Source: Eledone cirrhosa (Eukaryota). Taken from it: a stretch of DNA of 64,000 bases. The first letter of the stretch is position 1. Every line of letters starts with the position of its first letter. The position numbers and the translations under genes are program-made. The DNA is taken from assembly GCA_964016885.1 (NCBI GenBank), contig OZ024747.1, positions 30,752,001 through 30,816,000 of the forward strand, read 5' to 3'. The notes beneath the pieces are model-generated. The model ran no database searches. It had not been told where the DNA came from and saw nothing but the letters and a program-made list of their open reading frames with translations. Below, piece after piece: positions 1-11,960 of this stretch.

Positions 1-102
1 TTATCTGAGTGAAGAATACTTTTATTTCATTATTTATATACAATGTTGAGAGAGTCACTCTTCATAATATCCCCAATAGTTTTAGAAATATTGAATGATT
101 GC

Positions 103-470
103 GAAGGTGTATGGCTTAGTGGTTAGTTTATTGAGCTCACAATTATAAAGCTGTGGATTCAGGACTGGGTGGTGTGCTGTGTTCTTGAACAAAACACTTT
201 ATTTTACATTGTAAATGTGGTTGGTGTTAGGAAGGGCATCCAACTGTAGAAAACCCGCCAGACAGTCCTATGCGAGCAAGACAACCACTCTTGCCTCAAG
301 TGGGAAAACCCCCATCCAAACCCATGCAAGCATGGAACACGGACGCTAAACCTGATGATGATGATGATGATGATGCTCCAGTTTACTCAGCTGTAGAAAT
401 AAGTTGTGATGTTACTGGTGCCAATCTGTATTAGCCATTACTTTTCCCTTGGACAACATCGGTGGCATGG
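103..470 (+). mobile_element. Decayed tRNA-derived SINE interrupted by an RTE 3'-end fragment (about 211-376)
   Basis: A-box-like tggcttagtggttag head. The SINE core ...ttacattg|ctccagtttactcagctgtagaa is split by a segment matching the 3'UTR and (GAT)n tail of the RTE at 3889-4050. Confidence 0.7.
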
Positions 471-874
471 AAAGTGAAGACAGGCATGTATGGGTGACTA
501 GTGGTCTTCCACAAACACAGAGGGAAACTTTCTAGGTGTAAAACCATGGTCATTCATGATTGAAGTGGGCCTGCGAATGATCAGTGATATTACATTCAAC
601 TGGTATTAAAGATACATTCTTCTCAATTATAATCTCAGTTTTCTTGTTATGTTGTTTTACCAACACTAATATAGCTCACAAATTAAACTCGCCATTTCAG
701 TCAAGTTCTAATTTGACATAAATAGTGACAACTACATACTTTCTCCATAGGCAGAAGCATTAACATACCATGTCTTCGTATAAATCCCCAAAAGGCAGTG
801 GAATGCAGAAAGGCTAAAAAAGTAATTTTCAAAAATGTTTTGAGAATTAATTTGTAATAGTATAAGTTACTTAC

Positions 875-1089
875 CCGTATCTTTGTTGACATCGTCTTTT
901 CGAATAAATTTGTACCGGGCACGGAAACCCATATCTGTTCCATCATCATCAGAATGAAACAAAATCTTCACCCCTTTCTCAGTTAGTATTGGGCCTGGGT
1001 TATTTTTTCCACAGTAACGTCGGATCACTGAATAGTTATTAAGACCTTCTAGTTGCTGGTAAATTTCTATATAGTCTGTAGCTTTACAA
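875..1089 (-). CDS. sol-1: SOL-1-like exon (C-half of CUB domain B)
   Basis: Acceptor gtttcag, donor gtaagt. Phase 2 matches the 38461 exon. CKATDYIEIY...RRYCGKNNPGPILTEKGVKILFHSDDDGTDMGFRARYKF (CUB DY.EI, YCG, F.SD, GF.A.Y). Confidence 0.92.
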
Positions 1090-1447
1090 CTGAAACAAGT
1101 AAAAGAAAACAGTATGTATAGAGAGAGAGAGTCTACCAAAATAACATATACATATTTCAGGAAAAGAAAAAAACTTGTATAAATATTTAACTTGTTCAAA
1201 TACCTCTATAAATATAAATACCTCTTTCGAAAGTTTGATCAAGTTACGATAACACTGTGTACTGTAGTAAATTAGTATTAAAATATCTATACACACTTTT
1301 CTTTTCCTGAACTGTGTATACATTTTATTGGTGGACTCTGTGTATACGGGAGTATAGAAAAAACAGTACCAACATTTGCTTTTAACTTCACTCCTAGTCT
1401 TCTGGGTGCTGGATATCAGCTCCGAATTTCAAAGTCTCCCCCACCTA

Positions 1448-2058
<611 letters not shown>

Positions 2059-2286
2059 TGAGCATACATATGATGAGCAAACATCACGGATGCTCTATCT
2101 CAAAATTATTTTTGAAAAGCATTAGAAATGCGCAACCGGTAAAACTTAAAACCAAAACTGAATACTAACCAATACTATTACTAATTCTCACTTATTCCTA
2201 ATTAAACTATTTTTCACTGTGAACAATTTGTCAGCATTTTCTTTTCCATTTACCAATATATCATAACTTGTGTGTTACACCTCTAT

Positions 2287-2319
<33 letters not shown>

Positions 2320-2358
2320 CAAGCATGGAAGATGGACGTTAAACGATGATGATGATGA

Positions 2359-2399
<41 letters not shown>

Positions 2400-2443
2400 A
2401 TATATTAACAAATGGAAACTATATTTATAAAACCATATTTATT

Positions 2444-2508
2444 TATTTCATTATACATATTTCAAGGACACCAAAGCAAATTATAATGCGCTTTCATCAG
2501 ATAAAATA
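2444..2508 (-). ncRNA. Type I minimal hammerhead ribozyme (inverted copy, sense to host gene)
   Basis: Reverse-complement copy of 2604-2668 with intact CTGATGA and GAAA. Confidence 0.8.
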
Positions 2509-2603
2509 TAATATAGATCAGTTTTATAAACAAATATTGACATACCCTTAAATAATGCGACCATGTCGGTTGGAAGCTCCCGGTATAAAACTGAGCTATA
2601 TTA

Positions 2604-2668
2604 TATTTTATCTGATGAAAGCGCACAATAATTTGCTTTGGTGTCCTTGAAATATGTATAATGAAATA
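2604..2668 (+). ncRNA. Type I minimal hammerhead ribozyme
   Basis: Stem I TATTTTAT/ATGAAATA. CTGATGA at 2612-2618. Stem II AAG-C-GCAC/GTGT-C-CTT. GAAA at 2649-2652. Stem III ATA-TG-TAT. AUA site after 2660. Confidence 0.8.
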
Positions 2669-2800
2669 AATATGGTTTTATAAATATAGTTTCCATTTGT
2701 TAATATATTGTATTTTTACTCCAAAAATTTGTTGAGTGCTTTATATCAGTTATAAAAATATTTGCTTGTTGTACCCCAACAAATTAAATATAACTTCTAC

Positions 2801-2843
<43 letters not shown>

Positions 2844-3034
2844 GGTTTGAGGTTCACCACTATATAGAGCTGGTCTATTCTGTATGGTCAATCGTAATGT
2901 AATAATATAGAGAGTACTCAACGTAAGGCAGTTCAACCGTCTTTGTTTTTGTAGTTGGTGGTGCTATTACGGAGTTAAATATTATAATGAAATGACAGGA
3001 GGCTGGATTTGTGTAAATCCTTGAAAGGTTTATT

Positions 3035-3092
3035 ATACTATGATCATTTCAATGACTGGGTTCTGTATGAATCCGGTGATATCATCAGGTAT
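3035..3092 (-). ncRNA. Type I minimal hammerhead ribozyme
   Basis: ATAC-CTGATGA-[TATCACCGGATTC/GAACCCAGTCATT imperfect stem II]-GAAA-TGATCA (palindrome)-TA-GTAT. Confidence 0.78.
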
Positions 3093-3888
3093 TCGAAATA
3101 TAATACGTGAATGTAATAGATAAAATCCATGGGGCTGAAAATCGAGGACCCGAGGGCGACCGCTATTCTGTTCCTTCAACCTCAGCCGGTCGCCCTCGAG
3201 TGACATGGCTAAAGTTTATAGTATGCTACTACCGGTCAGATAAACGAAAACAGAAAGGGATGGGAACATACGTTAGCGTCAATCTCATGACACAAGGTAA
3301 AAGAAAGAAAGAAAGGAAGGAGAGAGAAGAAGGAGGAAGAAAGAAGAAGAGAAGCCAGGGTTAATGTCAGCTAAAAGAAGAAAGGCAACTACTACCGTCA
3401 GATATAGGCAAGCAAGAGGGGGAAGGAAGATAAGTCTGCAGGAGGAAGACAGGAAGAGGCGAGAAGAGAAGGAAGAGAAGAGAGAAGTAGAAAAGTAAGG
3501 GTTGATGGCTACAAGAAGGAAGATAGAAAGAAAGAGGAAGAAAGGTCGATATTAATGTCAGACCACAGTCAGGCCAGGAGTGGCGCGAGAAAATTGTCAC
3601 AGGGACCCGCATCTTAGCAGAGGTGAATATATTGGGAGTCAGTGTGTTACAATGTTTAGACTTTTAGGATGAAGTTAAAAAATTAATAATCAATATTCAA
3701 TATTAAAGAGGTTAGAAAATTTAAAGTTCAACAGTTTAACATTTTCAGGTTCATATATCTAATAGTTCCGATTTGTTCTGTAATTTAAAGGTACTATGTG
3801 GCAGTTAAAACACCGGCCGCGCCCCGGGCCCCATGGCGAATTAAGCTACGCCGAGTATTTTCATTTACATATATATATATATGTAAGT

Positions 3889-6800
3889 ATCATCATCATC
3901 ATCATCATCAACGTTTAACGTCCGTGTTCCACGCTTGCATGGGTTTGGACGGGGGTAGTCCCACTTGAGGCAAGAGTGATTGTCTTGCTCGCATAGGACT
4001 GTCTGGCAGGTTTTCTACAGTTGGATGCCCTTCCTAACACCAACCACATTTACAGTGTGGGTCTGGGAGGTTTTTACCGTGTTGCCTTCACGGCCACATT
4101 ACAGCGTGGACTGTGTGTTTTTTTGTCGTGACACCTACACGATCTCATTTGTTTCGGCCTGGATGGCGCGGCACCAACATAACTTTACATAGAACGGGGT
4201 GGTGTGGATGGGGTGGGGGTGGTGGCGGGACGGGGTGTATTTTGTTAGAGATGCCTACTGGCAAGGCGGGTCTTCTCTGTTACTGAGTACTGCCAAAGGT
4301 CACGGTCCAGTGACATTGTCTTGGAGAGGTGTAAGTGTGTGAGGTCGGAGTTTATCAGCTCATCCCATGTTTTTCTAGGTCTGCCTATTCCGTGGCTACC
4401 GTCTATCTTTATTGCCCTGCACTTTGTAATACAGCTATCGACTTTCATGCGCATCACGTGTCCATACCAACGCAGCCTTCTCTCGAGTAAACAACATCTG
4501 ATCCCTCTTATCTCTAATTTTTTCCTCAGTTCGTTTATGCTTTGCCGTTCACGTATATTACTGTTACACATCCAGCGGAGCATGCAAGCTTCGTTCCTCT
4601 CTAGTCTGCGTATATCCTCTGCACACAATGCCCAGGTCTCACTACCATGCAACATTGCTGTTCGTATGCAGGCATCGTACAACCTGCCTTTCATTTTTAG
4701 GGAGAACCCTTTAGCAGCTAATAGTGGTATAAGCTCTCTGAACTTTTTCCATCCAGTTCTGACTCTAGCTACAGTACTTTCAGAGCACCCTCCCCCACTG
4801 CTGATTTTATCGCCCAGGTAACGGAAGCTGTCCACTATTTCTATAGAACCTTCTGCGCAATTGAAAGAGCTAGTATTTTGTGGGCACTTGCTGCTACTTA
4901 TTGCACCAGAACACCGGCCACATGTAAAGTCTATGTTCTTAGTTAGCTTACCTGTGATCCCACTACATCTTTTATGCACCCATACTTTGCATTTAGGACA
5001 TAAGATGGAGTTTCTACCTACGCCTTTCCTACATACCGAGCACGACCATTTCCCAGAAGGGACCGCCGCCTTGTTTTCTTTCCTACAAACTAGAACTTTG
5101 GTCTTAGCCAGGTTAATTTTAAGTCCTTTTGACTCTAGGCCGTGCTTCCATGTTTGGAATTTCTTCTCTAGCTCGGCCATTGATTCCGCTATGAGTGTCA
5201 GGTCGTCTGCGTATAGGAGTTCCCATGGGCAGCCTGTCTTGAACTCCTCTGTTATAGCCTGAAGGGCAATAATAAATAGTAGGGGGCTGAGAACAGAGCC
5301 CTGATGGACGCCAACTTTTACGCTAAACTCTTCACTATATTCGTTGTTAATTCTAACCTTGCTGACTGTTTCTTTATACATGGCTTGTATAGCCCTCACA
5401 AGCCATTCGTCAACGCCTAGTTTTCTAAGAGCCCACCAGATAATGGAGCGGGGGACTCTGTCGAAGGCTTTCTCCAGGTCGACAAAAGCTAAGTAGAGGG
5501 GTTTACCTTTAGCTAGGTACTTCTCCTGTAGTTGTCGTACTATGAAAAGAGCGTCTGTGGTGCTTTTGCCTGACACAAACCCGAACTGCATTTCATCTAG
5601 ATCAATTCTCTCTCTGATTAGTTGCGCTATTACTTTTTCCGTGACCTTCATGACCTGGTCGATTAATTTAATGCCTCTATAGTTACTCCTATCTAGGGCG
5701 TCTCCTTTACCCTTATAACAGTTAACGATGATGCTGCTATGCCAGTCCTTCGGAACAACCCCATTCTGTACGACTTGATTAACTATGCGGGTGACCATGG
5801 TGTGTCCCACCGTGCCAGATGCCTTCAGCATCTCAGCAACTATTTCCGAAGGCCCAGCCGCCTTACCAGTCTTCATATCCTTGATTGCCTTACTTATTAT
5901 ACTCCCCTCGACTAACACTGCTGGTCCCTCTATCGGGTCGATATGGGGGAGACTGTCTTTCTCCCATTTATTCTCCTCATTTAGTAGCCTTTCATAGTGA
6001 CACTTCCAAGCTACCTTCTTATCAGTGTCGGTGATGGCAAGTATGCCATCATCGTTAAGTACACACTTCTCCCCGACAATATCACGGTTTTCCTTGACGC
6101 ATTGCCTGGCAATCCTGAACACCTCACGTTTTTGGTCATCGCGTTGTAGAACATGCTTGAACTTTCTTTCCTCAGCTTCCCTTCTTGCTAAGTACACTTC
6201 TCTCCTAGCTTCCCTCCTGGCCACTTGATAGTCTACTCTACTTCCCCCATCCCGCCATACTTTCCAAGCCTGCTTTTTGGCCTTAATTGACCCCTCCACC
6301 CTACTGTTCCACCACCATGTTACTCTCCTCCTGCCTACAGGCCTGCTCCAGCCACAGACTTCGTCTGTCGCCAACAGCAGGTTTGCTTTCAGAAATTTCC
6401 ACTGTCCCTCTATATTGTCCGATTCTAGATGCTCTTCCTTACTGTCGAAAGCATCAAGTAATATGCTTTGAAATTTATTTCTGGCTGTGGGGTCCTTTAG
6501 TTTCCATATTTTCCTCCTGAGGATAGTCCTCTTCTGCTGTCGGGTACGTCTCGTCCTGACTATGAGGTCGCTAATTATCAGTCTATGTTGGGAGGTGCAT
6601 TCTTCATGGGGGAGGGATTTAGTGTTTACAACAGACACTCTGTCACGTCTTCTGGTAAGGATATAATCTACCTGGCTTGTGTGTTCCCCGGATCTATAGG
6701 TGATCAGGTGATTGTCACGTTTTTTGAAGTTAGTGTTACAGATAGTTAGGTTATTTGCATCACAGTATTCCAGGATTCTGGAGCCTTCCTCATTTCTAGT

Positions 6801-7510
6801 ACCAAACCCATAGCCTCCATGGATTTCGTCGTAGCCGTCACAATGTTGTCCAACGTGACCATTTAGGTCGCCTGCAATAATTATATAGTCACTGTCAGAT
6901 ATTTGGGAGGTAGTTAGCAACAGTGTCTCATAGAATCTGTCTTTTATAGTGCCGGGCAGTCCGGATTGGGGTGCGTACGCAGATATTACTGTCACCGTAG
7001 TTCTATTGAGGACAAGTCTTATTTTAATTATTCTGTCGTTCACTCTATTTACGTCTATTATCTTATCTGCCCACTTTTCTGCTACCATGATTCCTACTCC
7101 ACCCAGCCCATCGTCGTTTCCCACCCAGAAAAGCTTATAACATCGTTTTTTACCCTCAATGAATCTAGCAGACCCACCCCTCCACCTGGTCTCTTGAATA
7201 CAACAAACATCGACCTCCTTACGTTCAAGCATTTCTACAACCTCGTTAGCGCGACCCTTTAGGGTGCCTACGTTTATGGTACCAACTCTGAAGTTTTGGG
7301 TTGCGTTTGGAGGGTGGGGGTGGTGGGGGGCGGGAGGAGATAGGGTTATGTTAGCCATCCGCGGACGAAACAAAGAGGAGTGCTCGCATTCTCGTCCACG
7401 AGGTGAATTTGACTTTAACTTTGGCATTTTCGCTCTGAGCGTCCAGATTTTTCTCTCCCTTCCACTCTCCGGGATTCCACAGTCCGTCCGTCCATCCATC
7501 CATCCATCAT
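3889..7510 (-). mobile_element. Full-length RTE-clade LINE
   Basis: Single uninterrupted ORF, about 350-bp 3'UTR, tail ...ggacgttaaacgttgatgatgat, (GGAT)/(GGAC) repeats at the 5' end. Confidence 0.95.
4245..7499 (-). CDS. RTE ORF: AP endonuclease, reverse transcriptase and PHD-like zinc finger (1084 aa)
   Basis: APE motifs GTINVGTL, IQETRW, AGDLNGHVG, DYIL, SQHRL. RT motifs QFGF, FVDLEKAFD, GVHQGSVLSP, YADD. CxxC...CxxC...HxxC...CxxC insert. LRWYGHV..RGRPRKTW-type C-terminus. Confidence 0.97.
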   Translation of the reverse strand: MDGRTDCGIPESGRERKIWTLRAKMPKLKSNSPRGRECEHSSLFRPRMANITLSPPAPHHPHPPNATQNFRVGTINVGTLKGRANEVVEMLERKEVDVCCIQETRWRGGSARFIEGKKRCYKLFWVGNDDGLGGVGIMVAEKWADKIIDVNRVNDRIIKIRLVLNRTTVTVISAYAPQSGLPGTIKDRFYETLLLTTSQISDSDYIIIAGDLNGHVGQHCDGYDEIHGGYGFGTRNEEGSRILEYCDANNLTICNTNFKKRDNHLITYRSGEHTSQVDYILTRRRDRVSVVNTKSLPHEECTSQHRLIISDLIVRTRRTRQQKRTILRRKIWKLKDPTARNKFQSILLDAFDSKEEHLESDNIEGQWKFLKANLLLATDEVCGWSRPVGRRRVTWWWNSRVEGSIKAKKQAWKVWRDGGSRVDYQVARREARREVYLARREAEERKFKHVLQRDDQKREVFRIARQCVKENRDIVGEKCVLNDDGILAITDTDKKVAWKCHYERLLNEENKWEKDSLPHIDPIEGPAVLVEGSIISKAIKDMKTGKAAGPSEIVAEMLKASGTVGHTMVTRIVNQVVQNGVVPKDWHSSIIVNCYKGKGDALDRSNYRGIKLIDQVMKVTEKVIAQLIRERIDLDEMQFGFVSGKSTTDALFIVRQLQEKYLAKGKPLYLAFVDLEKAFDRVPRSIIWWALRKLGVDEWLVRAIQAMYKETVSKVRINNEYSEEFSVKVGVHQGSVLSPLLFIIALQAITEEFKTGCPWELLYADDLTLIAESMAELEKKFQTWKHGLESKGLKINLAKTKVLVCRKENKAAVPSGKWSCSVCRKGVGRNSILCPKCKVWVHKRCSGITGKLTKNIDFTCGRCSGAISSSKCPQNTSSFNCAEGSIEIVDSFRYLGDKISSGGGCSESTVARVRTGWKKFRELIPLLAAKGFSLKMKGRLYDACIRTAMLHGSETWALCAEDIRRLERNEACMLRWMCNSNIRERQSINELRKKLEIRGIRCCLLERRLRWYGHVMRMKVDSCITKCRAIKIDGSHGIGRPRKTWDELINSDLTHLHLSKTMSLDRDLWQYSVTEKTRLASRHL

Positions 7511-7546
7511 ATATCGAAAATGGACGTTAAATGGTGATGATAATGA

Positions 7547-7772
7547 TATAATAAAGTAGAAGTCAACAGGCTAGAATTTACTTCATTTATTCGTTACACA
7601 TTTTGTATCAGCAAGAGTGTAACAAATAAATGAGGTAAATTCTAACCTGTTGACTTCTACTTCATCATTATACCTATACTCCAGAGTATGCCGACTTACA
7701 TGTATACTTCGTCGAGTGCTCTATCCTGCATACAAAAGTGTTGGTGTTTAACTAACACATATTATACCAAGA
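7547..7772. mobile_element. Inverted-repeat PLE-like fragment (arms about 7547-7600 and 7617-7672), related to 24170-24620
   Basis: Direct reverse-complement match. Shares taacctgttgactt and gtgctcta(t/c)cctgcatac segments with the 24.2-24.6 kb element. Confidence 0.65.
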
Positions 7773-7921
7773 ATATATATATATATATATATGTGTGTGT
7801 ATGTGTGTGTATGTATATATGTGTGTGTGTGTCTGCGTGTATGCCAAAATTAAACTGAAATAACAAAGCAAACAACAGAGAAAAATGAAGAAATATATTA
7901 GTTTAATGCTTGATATAGTAG

Positions 7922-7957
7922 TCTTAACGTTTCGGACACTAGTCCTTCATCAGAAGA
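7922..7957 (-). ncRNA. Minimal Penelope-type hammerhead ribozyme
   Basis: TCTT-CTGATGA-A-GGAC(TAGT)GTCC-GAA-ACGT (palindromic stem III)-T-AAGA. A decayed relative lies at about 59839-59875. Confidence 0.8.
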
Positions 7958-8274
7958 TAGAATGAGAAATAAAAGATGAAATAGAAATATAGAGAGTGAG
8001 AAGAGGTAGGAGTCTTATAATCAATTCGAGAGTCTGCCGTCTAAGGATTGATTTAGTGTATTATGTAATATTTATTGTTTTATTTTTTACTGCTTCCAAA
8101 GATTATAACTTTCTTTTTCTCTTTTTATGTTTTTTCTTTATTTTTTTTACTTGTGAAAGTTAATTATAAAATTATATTTTAACTAACTGTGTAATGATGA
8201 AACAATTGTAAAACAATAAACAAGTTTGGAACTTCGATTCCATCCATTTATTTGCATATGTGTGTGTGTGTGTG

Positions 8275-8470
8275 TAGGCATGTGGCTTAGTGGTTAGAGT
8301 GTGTGACTCATGATTATAAGATCATGAGATTGATTTCCACAGCAGATTGTGTCCTTCAGCAAGTCACTTTATTTCACTCAACTCAGTCAACTCAGCTGGC
8401 AAAAATGAGTTTTACCTATAATTCAAAGGATAAGCTCTGTCACACACTGTGTCATATTAATTTCACAAGC
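8275..8470 (+). mobile_element. Decayed tRNA-derived SINE
   Basis: ggcatgtggcttagtggttagag head and cagcaagtcactttatttcac core. Confidence 0.6.
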
Positions 8471-9149
8471 AGGCTGTTCTGTTGTTCGTACAACTGGAAC
8501 ACTCATCGCCAGAGCCAACAGATGTCCAACACACACACGTGTTTGTGTGAGTGTGTACATATGTAATATTTCTAACATGCATGAATATATAAGATAACAA
8601 GATGAAAACAAATGTCTGATAGTTTCTATCAGACATTTGCCACTATGATCAACTCTAACTAAATACATTTTCAACCACAACTGAAAAATTACATGAATCG
8701 AAATTTTAGTGTTGCTACTGTTAAAATAATATATTCTTGAAACCATTTAAAATTATTATTGGGCCTCAAACAAGCATGTTATATGTTAATCTAATTCACT
8801 CTAACAGAAATCTGAATGAAAGCTTGCTATAATCTCCTCAAACAAGGAAAATAAGATAGGCCAATGAATGTATTCAGGAAAACATATTGCTTGAACATTT
8901 TTATTTATACTTAAAACTACTTATCATCATCATTGTCATTTAACGTCTATCTTCCACGCTAGAATGGGTTTATTTCTAAAGATAAACATAATGGTAACTT
9001 TTTTATCTATTGCAGTTTTTTATCTATCACAGTTTGTAATCATAAATGGAAATCTGCTCTGCATTCAAGTAGATTTTTTCTGAAGCCAGTAATTAATTTA
9101 TCCAGTGGAAATTGTGCTTGAAAATTAAAGATTACTTAAGAAAATTAGA

Positions 9150-9500
9150 GATACTCAACAAAAATTGAATCTTCATAGTACAAGAGAATATAAATCCAAG
9201 GCTGAGTTGGTGTTCAACATTTTCTGGAAAAGTCACTTGACCAACAAAGTTCTTTATGGTGATCTGCCACATGTTTCATCAAAAGTTTGATCCAGTCACT
9301 TGGCTCATGCTGGTTATGTTTCTTGCCATGATGAACCTTCAGGGAAACTGTTTCTCTGGTCGCCAGATGCAGAGTACCGAGTAGGACATCCAAACATAAC
9401 CATCAGGACTCTGTTGGTGAGAGACACTGGCCTCATTGAATGAATCGTCTTGCTGTGATGAGAGATTGGGAAGTCTGGAACAAGAACTTTGTGCATGCTT
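9150..9500 (+). mobile_element. Old RTE-like LINE 3' fragment (similar relic at about 42990-43300)
   Basis: Degenerate NI.WKSHLTNKVLYGDLP reading, typical of an RTE C-terminus. Confidence 0.5.
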
Positions 9501-10863
9501 CACCTTCTATGGAGGAATGACTCACGAAGAACATTACCCCCGTACTTAGCATTCTGCTATTTATATTATATGCTGGATTGGGAAACTACTGTACTACTAC
9601 TATAACTAAATTCATCCACTTCTTTGTGGTGACATGATAAAAGCTTTCCATCTCCCATGATCAAGCATTAATTGTTACAGTTCTTAACCAGATAGTTCTG
9701 TATCTTCCTCAATTACTCTCTTTAATGTCTTATTCACTTATATGTAAGTCACACCAGTAGTTTTCCTTTCCTGGCTGAAAACATTAGAGGGAAAGTTCTA
9801 ATTTGAAAGCAGAGCCTAAAATCAAGAGGTCTTGGTAGAAACCTATATTGTGCAAAGAGAGGAAACTGCACAAATATGGACATGTGGTACATATGATGGA
9901 TGGCAGTTGGATAATGTAGCAAATGATCAAAATAGAAGGAAGCTATGGAAGAGGAAGACAGTGAAAGAGGTAGACACTGGAAGAGGAAGACAGTGGACGA
10001 GGAAGACAATGGAAGATGAAGACAGTGGAAGATGAAGACAGTGGAAGAAGTTGTGAAGACTGAGCTCAGAAGGCTCAAGTTCCTGAAAGTCTAGTGATAG
10101 ATTGTTATAAATAGGAAAAAGAAAAAATCCACCCAACATATGCAAAGAGAAAAAAATGGACATAAAATGATGATGATGCTGGTAATGCTCCAGAATTAAC
10201 AGGAATTTTGTCAATTACTGTTCAAGTATACAAAAAAAGAACAAAACAAACAAACTATTTTTATTCTCATTGTAGAGAGGAAACCTCGCAAAATGTTGAA
10301 GTACCAAATAAGAGAAAACAAATCAATAAAAATCCTATAAACACATGACATGTTCAGGAAGTAAATTATTTGGCTGTCACACTTCCATTCTAAACTAAGT
10401 TCAGCAGTCTTACATGAATATGTTCATTAAGACAATTAATTAGTCAAGAGAATTTCCATTAATAAACCAAAACTAAATACAAAAAACTAAAAACTAAAAG
10501 CAAAAGAAAAAAACCCTGAAAGCTACTTAGCAGAATGCTTCATGTAAAATGTATTCCAGATCTTAATTCATATATGCATTAGCAGTTGGTAGCAACAACA
10601 ATACAAAATTGCCTTGTTCATTTGATAAATCTGTTTAAGTGAAATGTTCAAATCATTTGAGAGACAACAAACTGAGCTACATAAGAAAATGGCCATAAGC
10701 ATATTCACAAGGGAGCATATATCTCCAAGACACAATTCTCCAAATGTTGAATACACAACTGAATATTTACTTTTGTTATTCATTCTACATTTATAGTCAT
10801 TCTAAATTCAATACAAATTCTTTGGTAGCTACAATAAATGTTCCTCACAAGTTATTATTATTA

Positions 10864-11252
10864 GGGTGGATTGGCAGAATCGGTAGAGGGTCGGACACTA
10901 TGCTTTGACGCATAGAGTTACGTCCCTTTATGATCTGAGTTCAAATCCCGCCCAGGTTAACTTTGCCTTTCATCCTTACGGGGTCGATAAAATAAAGTAC
11001 CAGTAATGCACTGGGATAATTGCTGGCCTTGTGCCAAAAGTAGAAACAATTATTAGGGTGGAGGATTGGCAGTATTGGTAGAGTGGCGGACACCATGCTT
11101 TACGACATAGAGTTATGGCTTTTTATGTTCTGAGTTCAAATCCTGCTGAAGTTAGCTTTGCCTTTCATCCTTACGGGGTCGATAAAATAAAGTACCAGTA
11201 ATGCACTGGGATCGATTTAATTGACTCCCCCCCCCCCCAAATTGTTAGAAAC

Positions 11253-11256
<4 letters not shown>
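10864..11256 (+). mobile_element. Two tandem tRNA-derived SINEs with a MetaSINE-like core and (ATT)n tails
   Basis: A box tggcagaatcgg, B box gagttcaaatcc, core gcctttcatccttacggggtcgataaaataaagtaccag. Other copies at about 12840-13053(-), 20400-20550(-), 26365-26538(-), 27013-27198(-), 34015-34140(-), 37285-37440(-), 59092-59278(+), 61710-61850(-), 62397-62540(+). Confidence 0.85.
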
Positions 11257-11294
<38 letters not shown>

Positions 11295-11849
11295 CATCGT
11301 TATCATCATTGGTAGGATGTCTGACATGTTTTACAGCATATAGTTATATCCCTTTATGTTGAGTTCAAATCCTGCCAAGCAAATACTGAGACTTGCCCGA
11401 GTGCGTACTCTTTGCACCAGTCATTGTTGAAACCTCAGGCGTCCTCAGACCCCGTCAATACTAAAGTAGAGTTTTAATATTAGTTTTATTATAGCTGAAT
11501 AGTGGGTGTTGTTAATCTAAAGTTTCACTGGTCTATCACTTCGTCTTCGATGACTCTGTCATAAACAGGCAAAACTCCAGAGTAACAAGACTCACTATTT
11601 TACCTTAATAAAATATATATATATAAATAATAATAATATTATTTATAGTTATGTATATACTATAAACAACTATAAACAGGAAAGGTCAGTAATTTCTACT
11701 ACCAGTAAGAGAAATAGCTCAATGTAAGAACATCAGTTGTTTTACAGAGCAGGTAAATAAAATTATGACTCCAAACGAAAATTTGGAAGAAACGATTGTC
11801 ATTTAATGATCTGAACACAACTTTGATAATTGTCTAATTTTATATATAA

Positions 11850-11960
<111 letters not shown>

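Larger units (their letters stand above)
2398..2710. mobile_element. Fold-back element (about 130-bp arms) carrying an HHR in each arm
   Basis: 2398-2528 is the reverse complement of 2584-2710. Flanked by (TA)n. Confidence 0.85.

Noticed and set aside
867-1199. ORF-track start and stop for the 110-aa ORF
   Set aside because: Only 875-1089 is exon; the N-terminal part is intron read-through.
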